Virus record (IMG/VR): IMGVR_UViG_3300032093_000079
DNA: 64,000 nt
Source: an uncultured virus (IMG/VR IMGVR_UViG_3300032093_000079)
Taxonomy: Duplodnaviria > Heunggongvirae > Uroviricota > Caudoviricetes
Reading direction: 5' to 3' (one strand)
The notes beneath the pieces were generated by a model that worked only from the letters and a program-made list of their open reading frames with translations, ran no database searches and was not told the DNA's origin. Positions 8,027 to 17,960 of the stretch are shown here, piece after piece (within the stretch, counting starts at the first letter, position 1; every line of letters starts with the position of its first letter). A program made the position numbers and the translations under genes.

Positions 8027-8863
8027 CTAATTGTGGTTTGGCATTAACTCACGAAGATAACATTTATCTTGCGAAAAGATTGGGGTTTCTTTATCAGCTT
8101 CCCATTTGTTTCTTGAGAATGTTTCGTTTAATCTAGGATCTACTTGGGAAGGATTTACTTGAACTGTTTGTCCAGATTGTAATTTCACATAAGTCTTTTC
8201 TACTTTACGGATAAGAGATCCTCGTTTTTCTCTTGGGGTAAAATCATTCCAATTGATTCCTTTTTCCAACATCAGCATGTCTTGCATTTCATTGGTTTTC
8301 TTTCCATGTAATTCCTTTGAGGAGAAGTAAGCTTGAGCAACAGAAGAAATAGAATTTCTTGTAGCATCTTGTTGTCTCCAAATAAAGTAATTAATCACTT
8401 CCTCTTGGTAAGGAATTTGAAATACTCGAGCATCGAACATTGCAAGTTTAGTTTCTTCCACTACGCTCATGATTTCGTAATCATGAAGTTCTTCCATTCT
8501 TCTTAGTGTTCTTAGTTGGTTAAACTTTGCAGTTGCCAATGAAGCAGCGATACTTGCCATTTTCTGCAAGTTACCATCAAACCAAGCATGTGTAGAAATG
8601 TCATCGTAATCAGTGATGAGAATTGAAATCTCATCTGATTGAACGTATCCAAATTTTGCACCTTGGATATTCTGACATAGGTACTCAGTTGTCTTGTTCA
8701 TGTCTTCCATTAACCCTTCATCGAATGGACGCTTAAGTCCTCGAGTATAAGTATGGAAAGCTTTTCCGTCGATGCGGATGATTGTGTTGGTGCGACGTGC
8801 CAACTTGTAACGTGTTCGGTCTTCGTAAAAGTCCTTCATTCTGTCGCCTAATTGATCGGTCAT
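8027..8863 (-). CDS. thg1: tRNA(His) guanylyltransferase Thg1-like protein
   Basis: RMKDFYE, IRIDGKAFH, YVQSDEISIL, FDARVF, WRQQDATRNSI motifs. Confidence 0.92.
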   Translation of the reverse strand: MTDQLGDRMKDFYEDRTRYKLARRTNTIIRIDGKAFHTYTRGLKRPFDEGLMEDMNKTTEYLCQNIQGAKFGYVQSDEISILITDYDDISTHAWFDGNLQKMASIAASLATAKFNQLRTLRRMEELHDYEIMSVVEETKLAMFDARVFQIPYQEEVINYFIWRQQDATRNSISSVAQAYFSSKELHGKKTNEMQDMLMLEKGINWNDFTPREKRGSLIRKVEKTYVKLQSGQTVQVNPSQVDPRLNETFSRNKWEADKETPIFSQDKCYLRELMPNHN

Positions 8864-8959
8864 TTTTATTTGTTTTTATTAATGATGATTTTTCATGGGT
8901 TTAGGTTTTTAATTATAAGTAAATGTAAAGATCTCTCGTGAAAAACTTAGACTGAAGCA

Positions 8960-9205
8960 TTACCACTTAATTATAATTTCATCTCTTCCAAATTCAACAC
9001 CCAGACATGCATCGTTCGTTATCCTAACTATTTTATCCATAGTGACCTCAACATTACAGCCACTAGAGTTAAAATAGTATTCATCGTAGTGTTTACGTCG
9101 AGTAAACGATGCTTCTGATTCCGGAAATATTAAGACGATGTCTCGCATTTCATCTCCGCCCACTACACCATACCTTGATTCAATTACTAATTTAAAGATT
9201 TTCAT
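8960..9205 (-). CDS. Hypothetical protein
   Basis: 81-aa ORF in minus-strand run. Confidence 0.55.
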   Translation of the reverse strand: MKIFKLVIESRYGVVGGDEMRDIVLIFPESEASFTRRKHYDEYYFNSSGCNVEVTMDKIVRITNDACLGVEFGRDEIIIKW

Positions 9206-9259
9206 ATTTCTTTTTTGAGTTATAAGTAAATATTACTAATTTTTCGATTAAGAAAAAAC

Positions 9260-9679
9260 TTATGCTAATTTATTTTCTTCGACAATCTCAACGAGTTTTT
9301 GGAGACAAGCAAGTTCTGCTTCTTCATGCTTATAATACAAATACTCAGACAAGACGTCTTCTCCAAATCCCTCAAGGAACTGATCTGACTCATACTCTTT
9401 TATGGTAAAAGCAAACTTAGGTTCCATTGTCTTATCTACGTTTATTTCGCAGAATAAGTTGTAGTTATCTCTAAACCATCTAAATGCTTGTGAGAAGGTT
9501 GGACGGGAAACACATAAGTCAGACTTACCATTCCAATCCTTTGAATCACTAGGTTTTACTTCCAAGTAATGATCATAATTATTACCAGTATCTCCTGTAT
9601 AGATGTACATGTAACATGGCAAATTGAATCCTAATGTTTTAAGCTTGACTGCTAATTCATATGATACAAAATCTTTCAT
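9260..9679 (-). CDS. Hypothetical protein, paralogue of 9684-10112
   Basis: FVSYELAVKLK.LGF...QAFRWFR...EEA. Confidence 0.7.
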   Translation of the reverse strand: MKDFVSYELAVKLKTLGFNLPCYMYIYTGDTGNNYDHYLEVKPSDSKDWNGKSDLCVSRPTFSQAFRWFRDNYNLFCEINVDKTMEPKFAFTIKEYESDQFLEGFGEDVLSEYLYYKHEEAELACLQKLVEIVEENKLA

Positions 9680-9683
9680 TGTT

Positions 9684-10112
9684 CTATTTCTTTCGTTCTA
9701 AAAGTTCAATAATAATTTCAATTGCTCTTTTTTGTGCCTCTTCATAGGTTTCAAAATCCTCATCATCTCTGTAATCAACATAATCCAATTTTCCAGATTC
9801 GTGTAAATAATCAATCGATAATCCAAAAGGCTTATTCTTACTTAAGCTGTGATATGAATCTATATTAACGTGAAAATTCTTCTCTCTAAACCACCTAAAC
9901 GCTTGTTGCCAAACAGGGATAGGTAACGACTCAACGCTGCGATCAATAGTACAACCAGGATATGCGCAATGTACATTAGGTAATTGACATCCTCCAGGCT
10001 GTGCCTGATTTTCACAAATCTTTTTAACTGCCTCATACCTAAAGCATCTTTCATCAAACACAAGTCCTTTCATTCTTAAAGCCAGCTCATAAGGTATAAA
10101 TTCTTTTTCCAT
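9684..10112 (-). CDS. Hypothetical protein, paralogue of 9260-9679
   Basis: FIPYELALRMK.LVF...QAFRWFR...YEEA. Confidence 0.7.
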   Translation of the reverse strand: MEKEFIPYELALRMKGLVFDERCFRYEAVKKICENQAQPGGCQLPNVHCAYPGCTIDRSVESLPIPVWQQAFRWFREKNFHVNIDSYHSLSKNKPFGLSIDYLHESGKLDYVDYRDDEDFETYEEAQKRAIEIIIELLERKK

Positions 10113-10123
10113 TCTATTCTGAT

Positions 10124-10471
10124 TTAATTATTTAAGACTTCATCCACTGAAAGTAGATCGCATACATCTTCAAGATAATTTTCCAAGTCCATGCCTACTT
10201 GTTCGTAATCACAAAATCTGTGAAAACAGTCTCCTTGTTCTCTATCTTGAACACAATCTCTTTCTTCTCCGTTTTCCAAGAAAATACCACAGCCTGTACA
10301 TTTATCACATACGTTTTCTTCTGGGTATTCATCATCTGTTAAAACTCTACTTTGCCATCCTTGTGAATACGCATTGTATATTTTTTCCAAAACAGATTTT
10401 GTTTTCTCTACAAACTCTTTTTGGCTCATCCTATATGGCTCTTGTGGTTCGATTTTAAATAGGTCTTCCAT
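10124..10471 (-). CDS. Cys-rich hypothetical protein
   Basis: CDKCTGC...C...CFHRFC. Confidence 0.6.
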   Translation of the reverse strand: MEDLFKIEPQEPYRMSQKEFVEKTKSVLEKIYNAYSQGWQSRVLTDDEYPEENVCDKCTGCGIFLENGEERDCVQDREQGDCFHRFCDYEQVGMDLENYLEDVCDLLSVDEVLNN

Positions 10472-10554
10472 CCTGTTTTTAAAGGTTAATTTCTTTATAG
10501 AGTAAATGATACTATATTTCAGAACTCTTTTAAAACTTGATAGAAAGAAAATGC

Positions 10555-11076
10555 CTACGGCAAATTAGGAGAAAGAGTCTTGTTTACCTGGGTCTTAAGA
10601 GATTTAAGTTTTTTAAGCGTCTCCTGATAGGACTCGACTGCTTTACGATTGTCGGGTTCTGCATCCGGTCTGACCGTCATCATCATGACAGGTTCGTTTG
10701 GATCCTGTTTTTCGTTAGTATGCTTGTCATTTACCTTTGTGGGACGAGCGACCGACTTTGCTCCGGTCTGGGTCTCTTGGATCATGCCATCGATTAGACC
10801 CATGATCTGCTGTTGTTTTTGAATCAGGTTATTTGTGCACAACTGTTGACCTGCAATAAGTTCACCATTTAGCGTCTCAATCCTAGAAGTAAGCTCCTTG
10901 ATCTGACGAGACTGGCTAGCCAGTCTAAGTTCAAGCTCAGCACAGTCCTTGGTGTTCTCCTTAATTAGGGTCGGGCCCAGCGTGATAATGGTGATCGTAG
11001 AGACCAGGATGAGGAGTGCAAGGATTCGTTGTGCAGGTGAAAAGCTATTTAGGATTTCGGCTAGGTACTTGAACAT
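10555..11076 (-). CDS. Membrane-anchored coiled-coil protein (possibly spanin-like)
   Basis: N-terminal TM helix then coiled coil; GATAAATAA at 11095-11103. Confidence 0.5.
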   Translation of the reverse strand: MFKYLAEILNSFSPAQRILALLILVSTITIITLGPTLIKENTKDCAELELRLASQSRQIKELTSRIETLNGELIAGQQLCTNNLIQKQQQIMGLIDGMIQETQTGAKSVARPTKVNDKHTNEKQDPNEPVMMMTVRPDAEPDNRKAVESYQETLKKLKSLKTQVNKTLSPNLP

Positions 11077-11137
11077 GGAGCAGACGGTTTTTACTTATTT
11101 ATCGAGCAAATACCGTACCTGCCTTGAGTGACTCGGG

Positions 11138-11503
11138 TTATCTACTATATGAGCCAGCCCGTATTCTAGCTTTGATTATTCCAAGGCTCCGTAAGTTAGT
11201 ACAGTTTAAGATATCCTGTTCTAGATTCAGTTCGCTGAGTGGCTCCTTAAATAGGATACGTAAATGATTAATATTGTCAAGATAGATGCGATCGCCTGCC
11301 TGTTCAAAGATATCGTGTAGCCGTATGCCGTGGATCACAGTTGAGTGGTTCTTATTTAAGATATCACCTATTTGAACATAGGTCAGACCGGACTCGCGTA
11401 ATAAGCTAAATAGATAGTATCTTGCATAAGTTTGAGCTCGAGTCTTACCGGGTAGAATCTGAGGGTTTTTCTCAATGTACTCAATTATCTTTTCATTATT
11501 CAT
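11138..11503 (-). CDS. DnaA C-terminal-like helix-turn-helix protein
   Basis: TYVQIGDILNKNHSTVIHG resembles the DnaA domain IV RDHTTV motif. Confidence 0.65.
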   Translation of the reverse strand: MNNEKIIEYIEKNPQILPGKTRAQTYARYYLFSLLRESGLTYVQIGDILNKNHSTVIHGIRLHDIFEQAGDRIYLDNINHLRILFKEPLSELNLEQDILNCTNLRSLGIIKARIRAGSYSR

Positions 11504-11595
11504 ATTGCTTCTTAATTTTTAGCGATGGTTAATAATGCGGTCAACCGTAGAGTCAATGCAAAGTACCAATAAATCCCATCCTTGTTCGCCACTTT

Positions 11596-11787
11596 CTATT
11601 CTATTATGCCAGTATGTTTCCATTCTTTCCAAGTATCAAAGTCTTTTAACTTTTGAAGGTCTTCTTCGCTGTATATCTTATCCGTGTTCTCAGCATACCA
11701 CTTGGCTCCAGCCAGCCAATTGTCCGTTTTGCATAGGTTAGGATCTGCTAGATTTGCCGCAGCCTCTTCAAGTTCTTCTTTTTTCAT
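11596..11787 (-). CDS. Small hypothetical protein
   Basis: ELEEAA...AGAKW...YSEED pattern common in phage accessory ORFs. Confidence 0.55.
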   Translation of the reverse strand: MKKEELEEAAANLADPNLCKTDNWLAGAKWYAENTDKIYSEEDLQKLKDFDTWKEWKHTGIIE

Positions 11788-11803
11788 ATTTCTGATTTAA
11801 AAG

Positions 11804-12298
11804 TTAGTTTGAGTTATCCATTAACTTATTTCTTAGACGAGCAACCGCCATCTCACGATCGGCTTCCCATACCATGAGCTTGAATTCTGCCGCCGAAAAC
11901 GTCTCCGTTATCTGCTGTTCGAGCATGTCCTCCTCCCAATATTCTCCTCGATCCTCGTACCAGTGTTCAAGCAGTCCGCCTCCAATGTAGTAGATGACGA
12001 CTTCTCGTAAGTCATCCCACTTAGTAAGAATAGCACGTTCCTCGTCCAAGAGCTTGCCTGGATTATTTGGTATTACTACTGCATGGCAGGTTTTGCGACC
12101 GACTGTGTCTCCCCACCATATCCTGACCCGTTCACCAATCGGGTGTGGCTCGCGTTCAACCTTTACCCAGTCTCCTTCATCGACTAGGTAATCACGGATA
12201 AATCCCTCGATCTGTCGAGGATCATTCGATCGGATAAAGTCCTCGCCCGGCATCCAGTTCCAATACTCCTGAGATATAAGCTCCTTAAACGTTTTCAT
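11804..12298 (-). CDS. Hypothetical protein
   Basis: 164-aa ORF. Confidence 0.6.
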   Translation of the reverse strand: MKTFKELISQEYWNWMPGEDFIRSNDPRQIEGFIRDYLVDEGDWVKVEREPHPIGERVRIWWGDTVGRKTCHAVVIPNNPGKLLDEERAILTKWDDLREVVIYYIGGGLLEHWYEDRGEYWEEDMLEQQITETFSAAEFKLMVWEADREMAVARLRNKLMDNSN

Positions 12299-12329
12299 AT
12301 GTTAATTATAATTTATATTAGTTCGGGTT

Positions 12330-12941
12330 TCATTGGTTCTTTACCTTGAGCAGCATCATCATAACCTTGTGAATAACCGTAGTTAGTGTCTGCTTGGCGT
12401 TGTTTGGCTTCCATTCTTGTTTAGGTTCGTCACAGTCAACCATACCTGAAGCCAATGAATATGTTATATGGCAATCTTCAGCACTTACACAACATTCATC
12501 ATCACATTGTGTTTTAGTATGTGGGCAAATGTAACCTTCTTGCTTAGATTCTTCTTGTGGGATTATAATTTTGTAAATATATCTTACACAATCAAAATAC
12601 TTGCTAATAACATTTTTAACCTTAACATCCTCACAATTTGGATTCTTCACAAACCATTCTAAGAATTCATCAGAAATAGATTGTACTCCATCTGTAATTA
12701 ATTCTTGGTCTGTTGTTAGGATGATTTTGTTGTAAAATTTTTCATTATAACTTCTACCAAATAGTATTACTTCATTAAGTTTTGACAAACCCCAATCCCC
12801 TTCTCTAATTTCTTCATCAGAAGTGATGTAGATTTGGTATTTCTTATAATAATCTTTTGGAATAGTGTCTAAATGCAATTGATTTGCAAATTTGAATAAC
12901 CTACTTGATTTTTCTGTTGGTAATATGTGTATGTTTTTCAT
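12330..12941 (-). CDS. Hypothetical phage protein
   Basis: MKNIHILPT...IYITSDEEI...KIILTTD...FLEWFVKNP family pattern. Confidence 0.65.
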   Translation of the reverse strand: MKNIHILPTEKSSRLFKFANQLHLDTIPKDYYKKYQIYITSDEEIREGDWGLSKLNEVILFGRSYNEKFYNKIILTTDQELITDGVQSISDEFLEWFVKNPNCEDVKVKNVISKYFDCVRYIYKIIIPQEESKQEGYICPHTKTQCDDECCVSAEDCHITYSLASGMVDCDEPKQEWKPNNAKQTLTTVIHKVMMMLLKVKNQ

Positions 12942-13005
12942 TTTATATTTTTTTTAGTATTAAGCATCCATTGTCATCAAGAGTCAGTTATAACCATCTT
13001 CTTTT

Positions 13006-13266
13006 TTAATCAGTTTTGCTTTCATCTCGGGTAATCATTTTAATTTTTATAGTAGGCACCTGTATGCGCTCTCCATCACAGGTTTCTATGGTGCTCATTC
13101 CGTTATCACGAGAGACTACATTAGTAGATTTGATCAAAGTTCCATCATCCAATGTGACCTGTTCATCACAGACCTTACTATCTTCAATAGCAAGATACAT
13201 TATTCCGCCATATATTAACCCAGTTATTACTACAACTAGGATTATTGAACTAAAGTTTCTTATCAT
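13006..13266 (-). CDS. Small membrane-anchored protein
   Basis: N-terminal TM helix; overlaps NAMPT stop. Confidence 0.55.
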   Translation of the reverse strand: MIRNFSSIILVVVITGLIYGGIMYLAIEDSKVCDEQVTLDDGTLIKSTNVVSRDNGMSTIETCDGERIQVPTIKIKMITRDESKTD

Positions 13267-14755
13267 CTTTTAAACGAGCTCTAATTTCAGTTAAAGTTGA
13301 AAATACACCAAATTCACCATCTTCATAAATGGTTTGGAGTGAACTAACTTCTTCACCTTCCCAAGTACAACGATCAACTAAAACATATTTACCATCATGA
13401 TTGTGAACACTTAATAAACCTGTTGCAGATTTCTTTGTACCATCATCAGTAATCGGATCCTTAAAGATTTCTCTACCAACACCATTTACCTCAACATAAG
13501 TTGCTTTCATTGCGAAACCAAATGTATCTCTGGTATTGTATTGATATGTGAATGATCCAATACCTAACACTACGTTTGTTGATGCAAACCCTTTTGCTTC
13601 TAAACGCTTACAGATTTCGTTTGCTCTGTCAATCGTGATTGAGTCACCATAGATAGCTCCGATGTGTGAATCAAGAACTTTGTAACCTTGTTCATTGATA
13701 GTTCCACCGAATACATCCCAAAGTAATTCAATTACTCCCTTTGCGTCAGGCGTGTCATCCGTAGATTCGATATAAAATGATGTGCCTTTTCCTACATATT
13801 CACCATGTTTTGTAAATGTATTACCACAAAGAATATCAACGGGATCTCCTGAGTCAGGGCGAATAACTAACTTACCGTCACGAGACATGATCTCTTCTTT
13901 CAAAGTAACTACGTGTTCTGTACACACTTTAAATAAATCCCAAGTATCAGATACAACTGAAAGGATTCCGGTAGGATATGTCTTCAACAATCTGCGGAAT
14001 GTCTCAACTTCGTCCTCTTTTCCACCTGCACACATAACTGAGTGTTCAGTGGCAGGAACTGATCCGCAAAAGAAACCTTCTTCACCATAGTATTTACGAG
14101 CACCATAGATTGTTGGTAATGAATCGGTGCCCCAGAATGATGTTAAGTGGCCCAAGCCAGAACTAATTACCGCTTCTACTGAGTCCATTCCTCTCATTGA
14201 GAAGTCATGACCTTGCCAGTCAATGAATGAAGCATTGCCCTTATCTGTCTTTAACATCCACTCGGTCAATACTTTTCTGTACTGATGAGCAATTGTTGCT
14301 GATGTCATTGGTTTCCACAATAGGTTTGAAAGGATCGTTTCCAAGTAATTTGTTATCCAATAGAAATCAGGATGCGTGTTATAGATCGTAAGTACCGGAA
14401 CTTTAATCGGTGCCTTGGTTCCTTCAGGTAGAGATTTAACATGGATCGGCAAGTGACCCAAGTCGTGTAGCTTTTCAAAGTGAGAAACGTCATATTCTGT
14501 TCCCAAATACATTGACAATTCTTGTTTCATTTCACGACACACATCATCTTTTGGTTTATCAAAGAAATCTTTTTGAAACATCTCGTGAAGCTGAATCATG
14601 ACCATCTGTGTTCCAAACACTACTACTTCGTCACATCCTTTCGGTGCGTACTTGTTAGATCGTGGTGTAAAGTTTGAATAGACTAGAGTAGTTCCTTCTG
14701 GATACTGTCTATTATGCGATGTTTTATAACCATCAGTTAATAATAATGGATTCAT
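13250..14755 (-). CDS. nadV: Nicotinamide phosphoribosyltransferase-like (NAMPT/Namat)
   Basis: LLTDGYKTSH..QYP, HDFSMRG, SVPATEHSVM, SVVSDTWD, VIRPDSGDP, IYGDSIT, RDTFGFAMKAT, KDPITD.G.KKSA.G. Confidence 0.93.
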   Translation of the reverse strand: MNPLLLTDGYKTSHNRQYPEGTTLVYSNFTPRSNKYAPKGCDEVVVFGTQMVMIQLHEMFQKDFFDKPKDDVCREMKQELSMYLGTEYDVSHFEKLHDLGHLPIHVKSLPEGTKAPIKVPVLTIYNTHPDFYWITNYLETILSNLLWKPMTSATIAHQYRKVLTEWMLKTDKGNASFIDWQGHDFSMRGMDSVEAVISSGLGHLTSFWGTDSLPTIYGARKYYGEEGFFCGSVPATEHSVMCAGGKEDEVETFRRLLKTYPTGILSVVSDTWDLFKVCTEHVVTLKEEIMSRDGKLVIRPDSGDPVDILCGNTFTKHGEYVGKGTSFYIESTDDTPDAKGVIELLWDVFGGTINEQGYKVLDSHIGAIYGDSITIDRANEICKRLEAKGFASTNVVLGIGSFTYQYNTRDTFGFAMKATYVEVNGVGREIFKDPITDDGTKKSATGLLSVHNHDGKYVLVDRCTWEGEEVSSLQTIYEDGEFGVFSTLTEIRARLKDDKKL

Positions 14756-14757
14756 AT

Positions 14758-14934
14758 TTATTGTTTTTGTTTTTCGATTACTACTGCAAATTTACCTTCA
14801 AGTTTTTCTGACCAGCTATGTGATCCTGCGGCTGCAACATGTTGTGCTGTTACCGAAATTACTTCCCATCCATCACGTAAGTATGAATTTACTTCAGATG
14901 CATCATCAATGATTAAAAATTTTTGTTCTTTCAT
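14758..14934 (-). CDS. Small hypothetical protein (58 aa)
   Basis: Hand translation MKEQKFLIIDDASEVNSYLRDGWEVISVT...; ATGA overlap with upstream gene. Confidence 0.65.
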   Translation of the reverse strand: MKEQKFLIIDDASEVNSYLRDGWEVISVTAQHVAAAGSHSWSEKLEGKFAVVIEKQKQ

Positions 14935-15407
14935 ATTATTATAGCTTGATTTATCGTAAGTGAATTTAAAAGATCGGCTAGGCTTTCGTATAGTGGAATG
15001 TCGTATCTCTCACACACGATCTCAACGTTGCCTTTTCTCCAGAATCCATCTGGGCAGCATACCAGTAATTTTCCACTACTAGCGTATAATCCTAATTCAA
15101 GAAGAGAGATAGGTGATTTGGAGTCAGGCAGGAGGTTCAGGATGATCAGATCGGATTTATTAAGAGCATCCAGTTCCCAATTGACTTGCTGATAGAATTG
15201 AGGACTCTCGATCCTCTGTTCCCAACTTGAATCCCATGCCTCTCTACGTGGATTTAATATCGTGCACTCAGTATTAATGAGAGCCTCTTCCACCTGGCTC
15301 TGCCAGTCATGGGAGTTTCCCATCTCTATCGTGCCGGCTAAAAACACTCTTTTGGTTCGTCTATCGTAGTTTTTCGATATTGAGTGTGGAGGTTTGATTA
15401 TCTTCAT
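14931..15407 (-). CDS. Nucleoside 2-deoxyribosyltransferase-like protein
   Basis: VFLAGTIEMG..DWQ, ILNPRR, QVNWELDAL, SPISLLELG. Confidence 0.85.
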   Translation of the reverse strand: MKIIKPPHSISKNYDRRTKRVFLAGTIEMGNSHDWQSQVEEALINTECTILNPRREAWDSSWEQRIESPQFYQQVNWELDALNKSDLIILNLLPDSKSPISLLELGLYASSGKLLVCCPDGFWRKGNVEIVCERYDIPLYESLADLLNSLTINQAIII

Positions 15408-16306
15408 TAGAATACGTTAAATTGTGTTACGATTTGTTTTGCAGCTCTTTCTGCATCAGTATCATCATTTTCATTCATGATATCTTTTACAGAATTGGAT
15501 GTGTAAATCTTAGTAAAGTACTTGCTCAGATCTTCAAATCCTGCAGAAAAGATTCCATGTGTTACGATTAAGTAAAGTTTAGCTTCCGGCTGCTGGGCAT
15601 GAATTGCTTTTGCCAATTCAGTGAATGTTCTACCTCCATCACAGATATCATCAACTATAACATATTTCATTTTTTCACCATCAAGAGAAGCTGGCAAGGT
15701 CGGAACTTCAGTATGATTGATTTTTCCAGTTTGAATGTCGCGGTGTTTCATTGCCGTGACAAGATGATGAATTTGAAACTCGTGTGCGATGTCATAGATT
15801 TTCTTTAGAGCACCGCCGTCCGGTGAAACTAAACAGATTCTGTCTCGAGCGGCGTTTCGATTATCGATATTTGTAAGAGCATACTTAACGATTGTATGGT
15901 TATCAATCTTTCCGAAGTTATTTAAGCAAGCTTCGAGTACATCTGAGTGTGGATCTAAAACAATTACACAATCGAATTTTTGTGCATTGATGATTGGACA
16001 AATCACTTGCTTTAAGTAATTGGTTCCTCCTTGTTGAAATTTACGATCCGAGCGTGCACCCAAGAAATAAGGAACATATAAGGTAACGGTTCCTACCGCC
16101 ATTTCTCTAAGAGCTTGATTGGCAGCAATAATCAATTCGATATCACGAAAAGAATTCATTCGAGAATAGATCTTAACATCTAATCCATTGATATACATTG
16201 GTGCAGATTCGATATCTACAGTTTGTTGTCCATCAGGAAACCGAGAGATCTTGAATTTTACATCCGAATCCATCGGATTTGTTAAGTTTAGTTTAGATAT
16301 GCTCAT
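15407..16306 (-). CDS. prs: Ribose-phosphate pyrophosphokinase-like (Prs/Adps)
   Basis: FPDGQ, PYFLGARSDR, LDPHS, VSPDGGA, IVDDICDGGRTF, VTHGIFS. Confidence 0.9.
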   Translation of the reverse strand: MSISKLNLTNPMDSDVKFKISRFPDGQQTVDIESAPMYINGLDVKIYSRMNSFRDIELIIAANQALREMAVGTVTLYVPYFLGARSDRKFQQGGTNYLKQVICPIINAQKFDCVIVLDPHSDVLEACLNNFGKIDNHTIVKYALTNIDNRNAARDRICLVSPDGGALKKIYDIAHEFQIHHLVTAMKHRDIQTGKINHTEVPTLPASLDGEKMKYVIVDDICDGGRTFTELAKAIHAQQPEAKLYLIVTHGIFSAGFEDLSKYFTKIYTSNSVKDIMNENDDTDAERAAKQIVTQFNVF

Positions 16307-16613
16307 ATTAGTCGTTTTAAAAGTTATTTCTTTTCCACATCGCGTAGGAAAAAAGAATCAGTGCCGCAAAGGCGATCGGTATGAGAATTGCAATAATTGT
16401 TTCCATGTTACACCATTTTTAATTTACGTATTTCGTCGGCTGCTCTATAATCGAGCTTCCGCCCTAATGATATTATACTAAATTATCTACAATAAATAAA
16501 AAAAATTTAGTCGAATGTGTAAAAGGATTCTCCGCATACTAGATCAGTTAGGTAAGTTGGAATCAGATAGGATCGCTGCCATGATCCATTCGGGTCGAGC
16601 ATTCAACTAGTTC

Positions 16614-16769
16614 TTACCCCTCCTTCAGATACCTTAAGAACACTTGATTCGTAAAGGACCACGATTTTCCGTTCCAGTAGGACTCAAGTCTCTGTATCCT
16701 ACCCATCGCGGTCTTTGTTTCCACCACGTACTTTCCTTCCCTAATGGGATTAGCAGTCGTCCACTCCAT
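16614..16769 (-). CDS. Small hypothetical protein
   Basis: Likely start MEWTTANP. Confidence 0.5.
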   Translation of the reverse strand: MEWTTANPIREGKYVVETKTAMGRIQRLESYWNGKSWSFTNQVFLRYLKEG

Positions 16770-16770
16770 C

Positions 16771-17178
16771 CTATTCTGATTTATATGTAGTATCTCCGCC
16801 AATGCCAATGCCTTCACCGTCAATATAAGTTAATTTCACAGTTTCCGTATTATTTGTGATCGTTACGGTAGCATGCTCTTCTTGTGGTATAGGGTGAGTT
16901 GGTTTTATCTCACAACCATATTCCCAACAAAGTTGATCTAGTTTGTCAAGAAATTCTTTTATTTGCTTTCTATTTATTATTTTAGGTCGCATCGGTTCTT
17001 TACCTTGAGAGGCATCATCATATCCCTGTGAATAGCCATGGTTAGTATCTTCTTGGCGTTGTTTAGCTTCCATTTCTTTGGCTTGTTCCAATATTTCATC
17101 CCAACTTCCACCATAATTATTACCATTTTGCCTATCAACTAATTGTTGATTAAACCACTCTACTGTTGTTTGTATCAT
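16771..17178 (-). CDS. Hypothetical protein
   Basis: QTTVEW...EQAKEME pattern; early-type promoter upstream. Confidence 0.6.
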   Translation of the reverse strand: MIQTTVEWFNQQLVDRQNGNNYGGSWDEILEQAKEMEAKQRQEDTNHGYSQGYDDASQGKEPMRPKIINRKQIKEFLDKLDQLCWEYGCEIKPTHPIPQEEHATVTITNNTETVKLTYIDGEGIGIGGDTTYKSE

Positions 17179-17243
17179 TTCTCTATTCTATTTAGTAGTA
17201 ATTGCTTGACTATAATACTAAAAAGTTCAGACCGGTTAAAAGA

Positions 17244-17252
17244 GATAAATAA
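17244..17252 (+). promoter_or_regulatory. T4-late-like promoter GATAAATAA (representative copy)
   Basis: Recurs at 22636, 24093, 29852, 33936, 34390, 48217, 48991, 51684, 53744 (+) and 3564, 4642, 11095, 29799, 39717 (-), mostly ~5-35 nt upstream of start codons; similar to T4 TATAAATA. Confidence 0.75.
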
Positions 17253-17265
17253 ATAAAAAAGACTG

Positions 17266-17931
17266 ATGAAACTACTAAGCTTTAATGAATGGAGACTTTT
17301 TGAGGAGGCCAATTATTCTTATGCAAACCTAATGACACCGGGAATAAAGGATTCTGGCTTTATCAAGACGGGTCGACACACTCTCGAAGATTATGTATAT
17401 AACCTAAACTATAACGTTGTCAGTCCTTTATCTGAAGACAAGGGCGGAGTGCTGGACAATGGGTTTGCCCTAGCAGTCTTTTTTAATCCAGTATCATTTG
17501 GCAGCGGCAAGTCATCTTGCAAGACTGGAGACCTGTATGCTGAGTTTGAAAAGATGCTGAGTCTCAAGTTTCAACCTTCTGCTGATACTCAAGTACCAGT
17601 AGTGTTTGTCTTGCAGGATACTAACTCTGAAATGAAGTTTGAGGGCATTCCTTCAGTGATAAATAATGAGACTCTCGATTATACTAGCATTGCTGTGAAC
17701 GACGTGTACATTCAGGCATTTGGTCCCAATTTAGATCCAGACCATGCAAGTGCCTCTGCTTGGACCGCAGTGATTGAAAAGAAACTAAGCGGACCGGTAC
17801 AAAGTTCCAACATAGAAAAGATGACAAAGTTCGGTCGTGGACTACTCATAAACCGAAAGTCATTCGGCGGTAGCTGCATACTCGATCACGAAAAGGTAAT
17901 GGCCGGAATCGTATCAAAAATGTTCGGCTAG
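17266..17931 (+). CDS. Hypothetical protein with CTS-like N-terminus
   Basis: MKLLSFNEWRLFEE. Confidence 0.65.
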   Translation: MKLLSFNEWRLFEEANYSYANLMTPGIKDSGFIKTGRHTLEDYVYNLNYNVVSPLSEDKGGVLDNGFALAVFFNPVSFGSGKSSCKTGDLYAEFEKMLSLKFQPSADTQVPVVFVLQDTNSEMKFEGIPSVINNETLDYTSIAVNDVYIQAFGPNLDPDHASASAWTAVIEKKLSGPVQSSNIEKMTKFGRGLLINRKSFGGSCILDHEKVMAGIVSKMFG

Positions 17932-17960
17932 CACCAAATAAATAAAATAAAAGTACTCCA

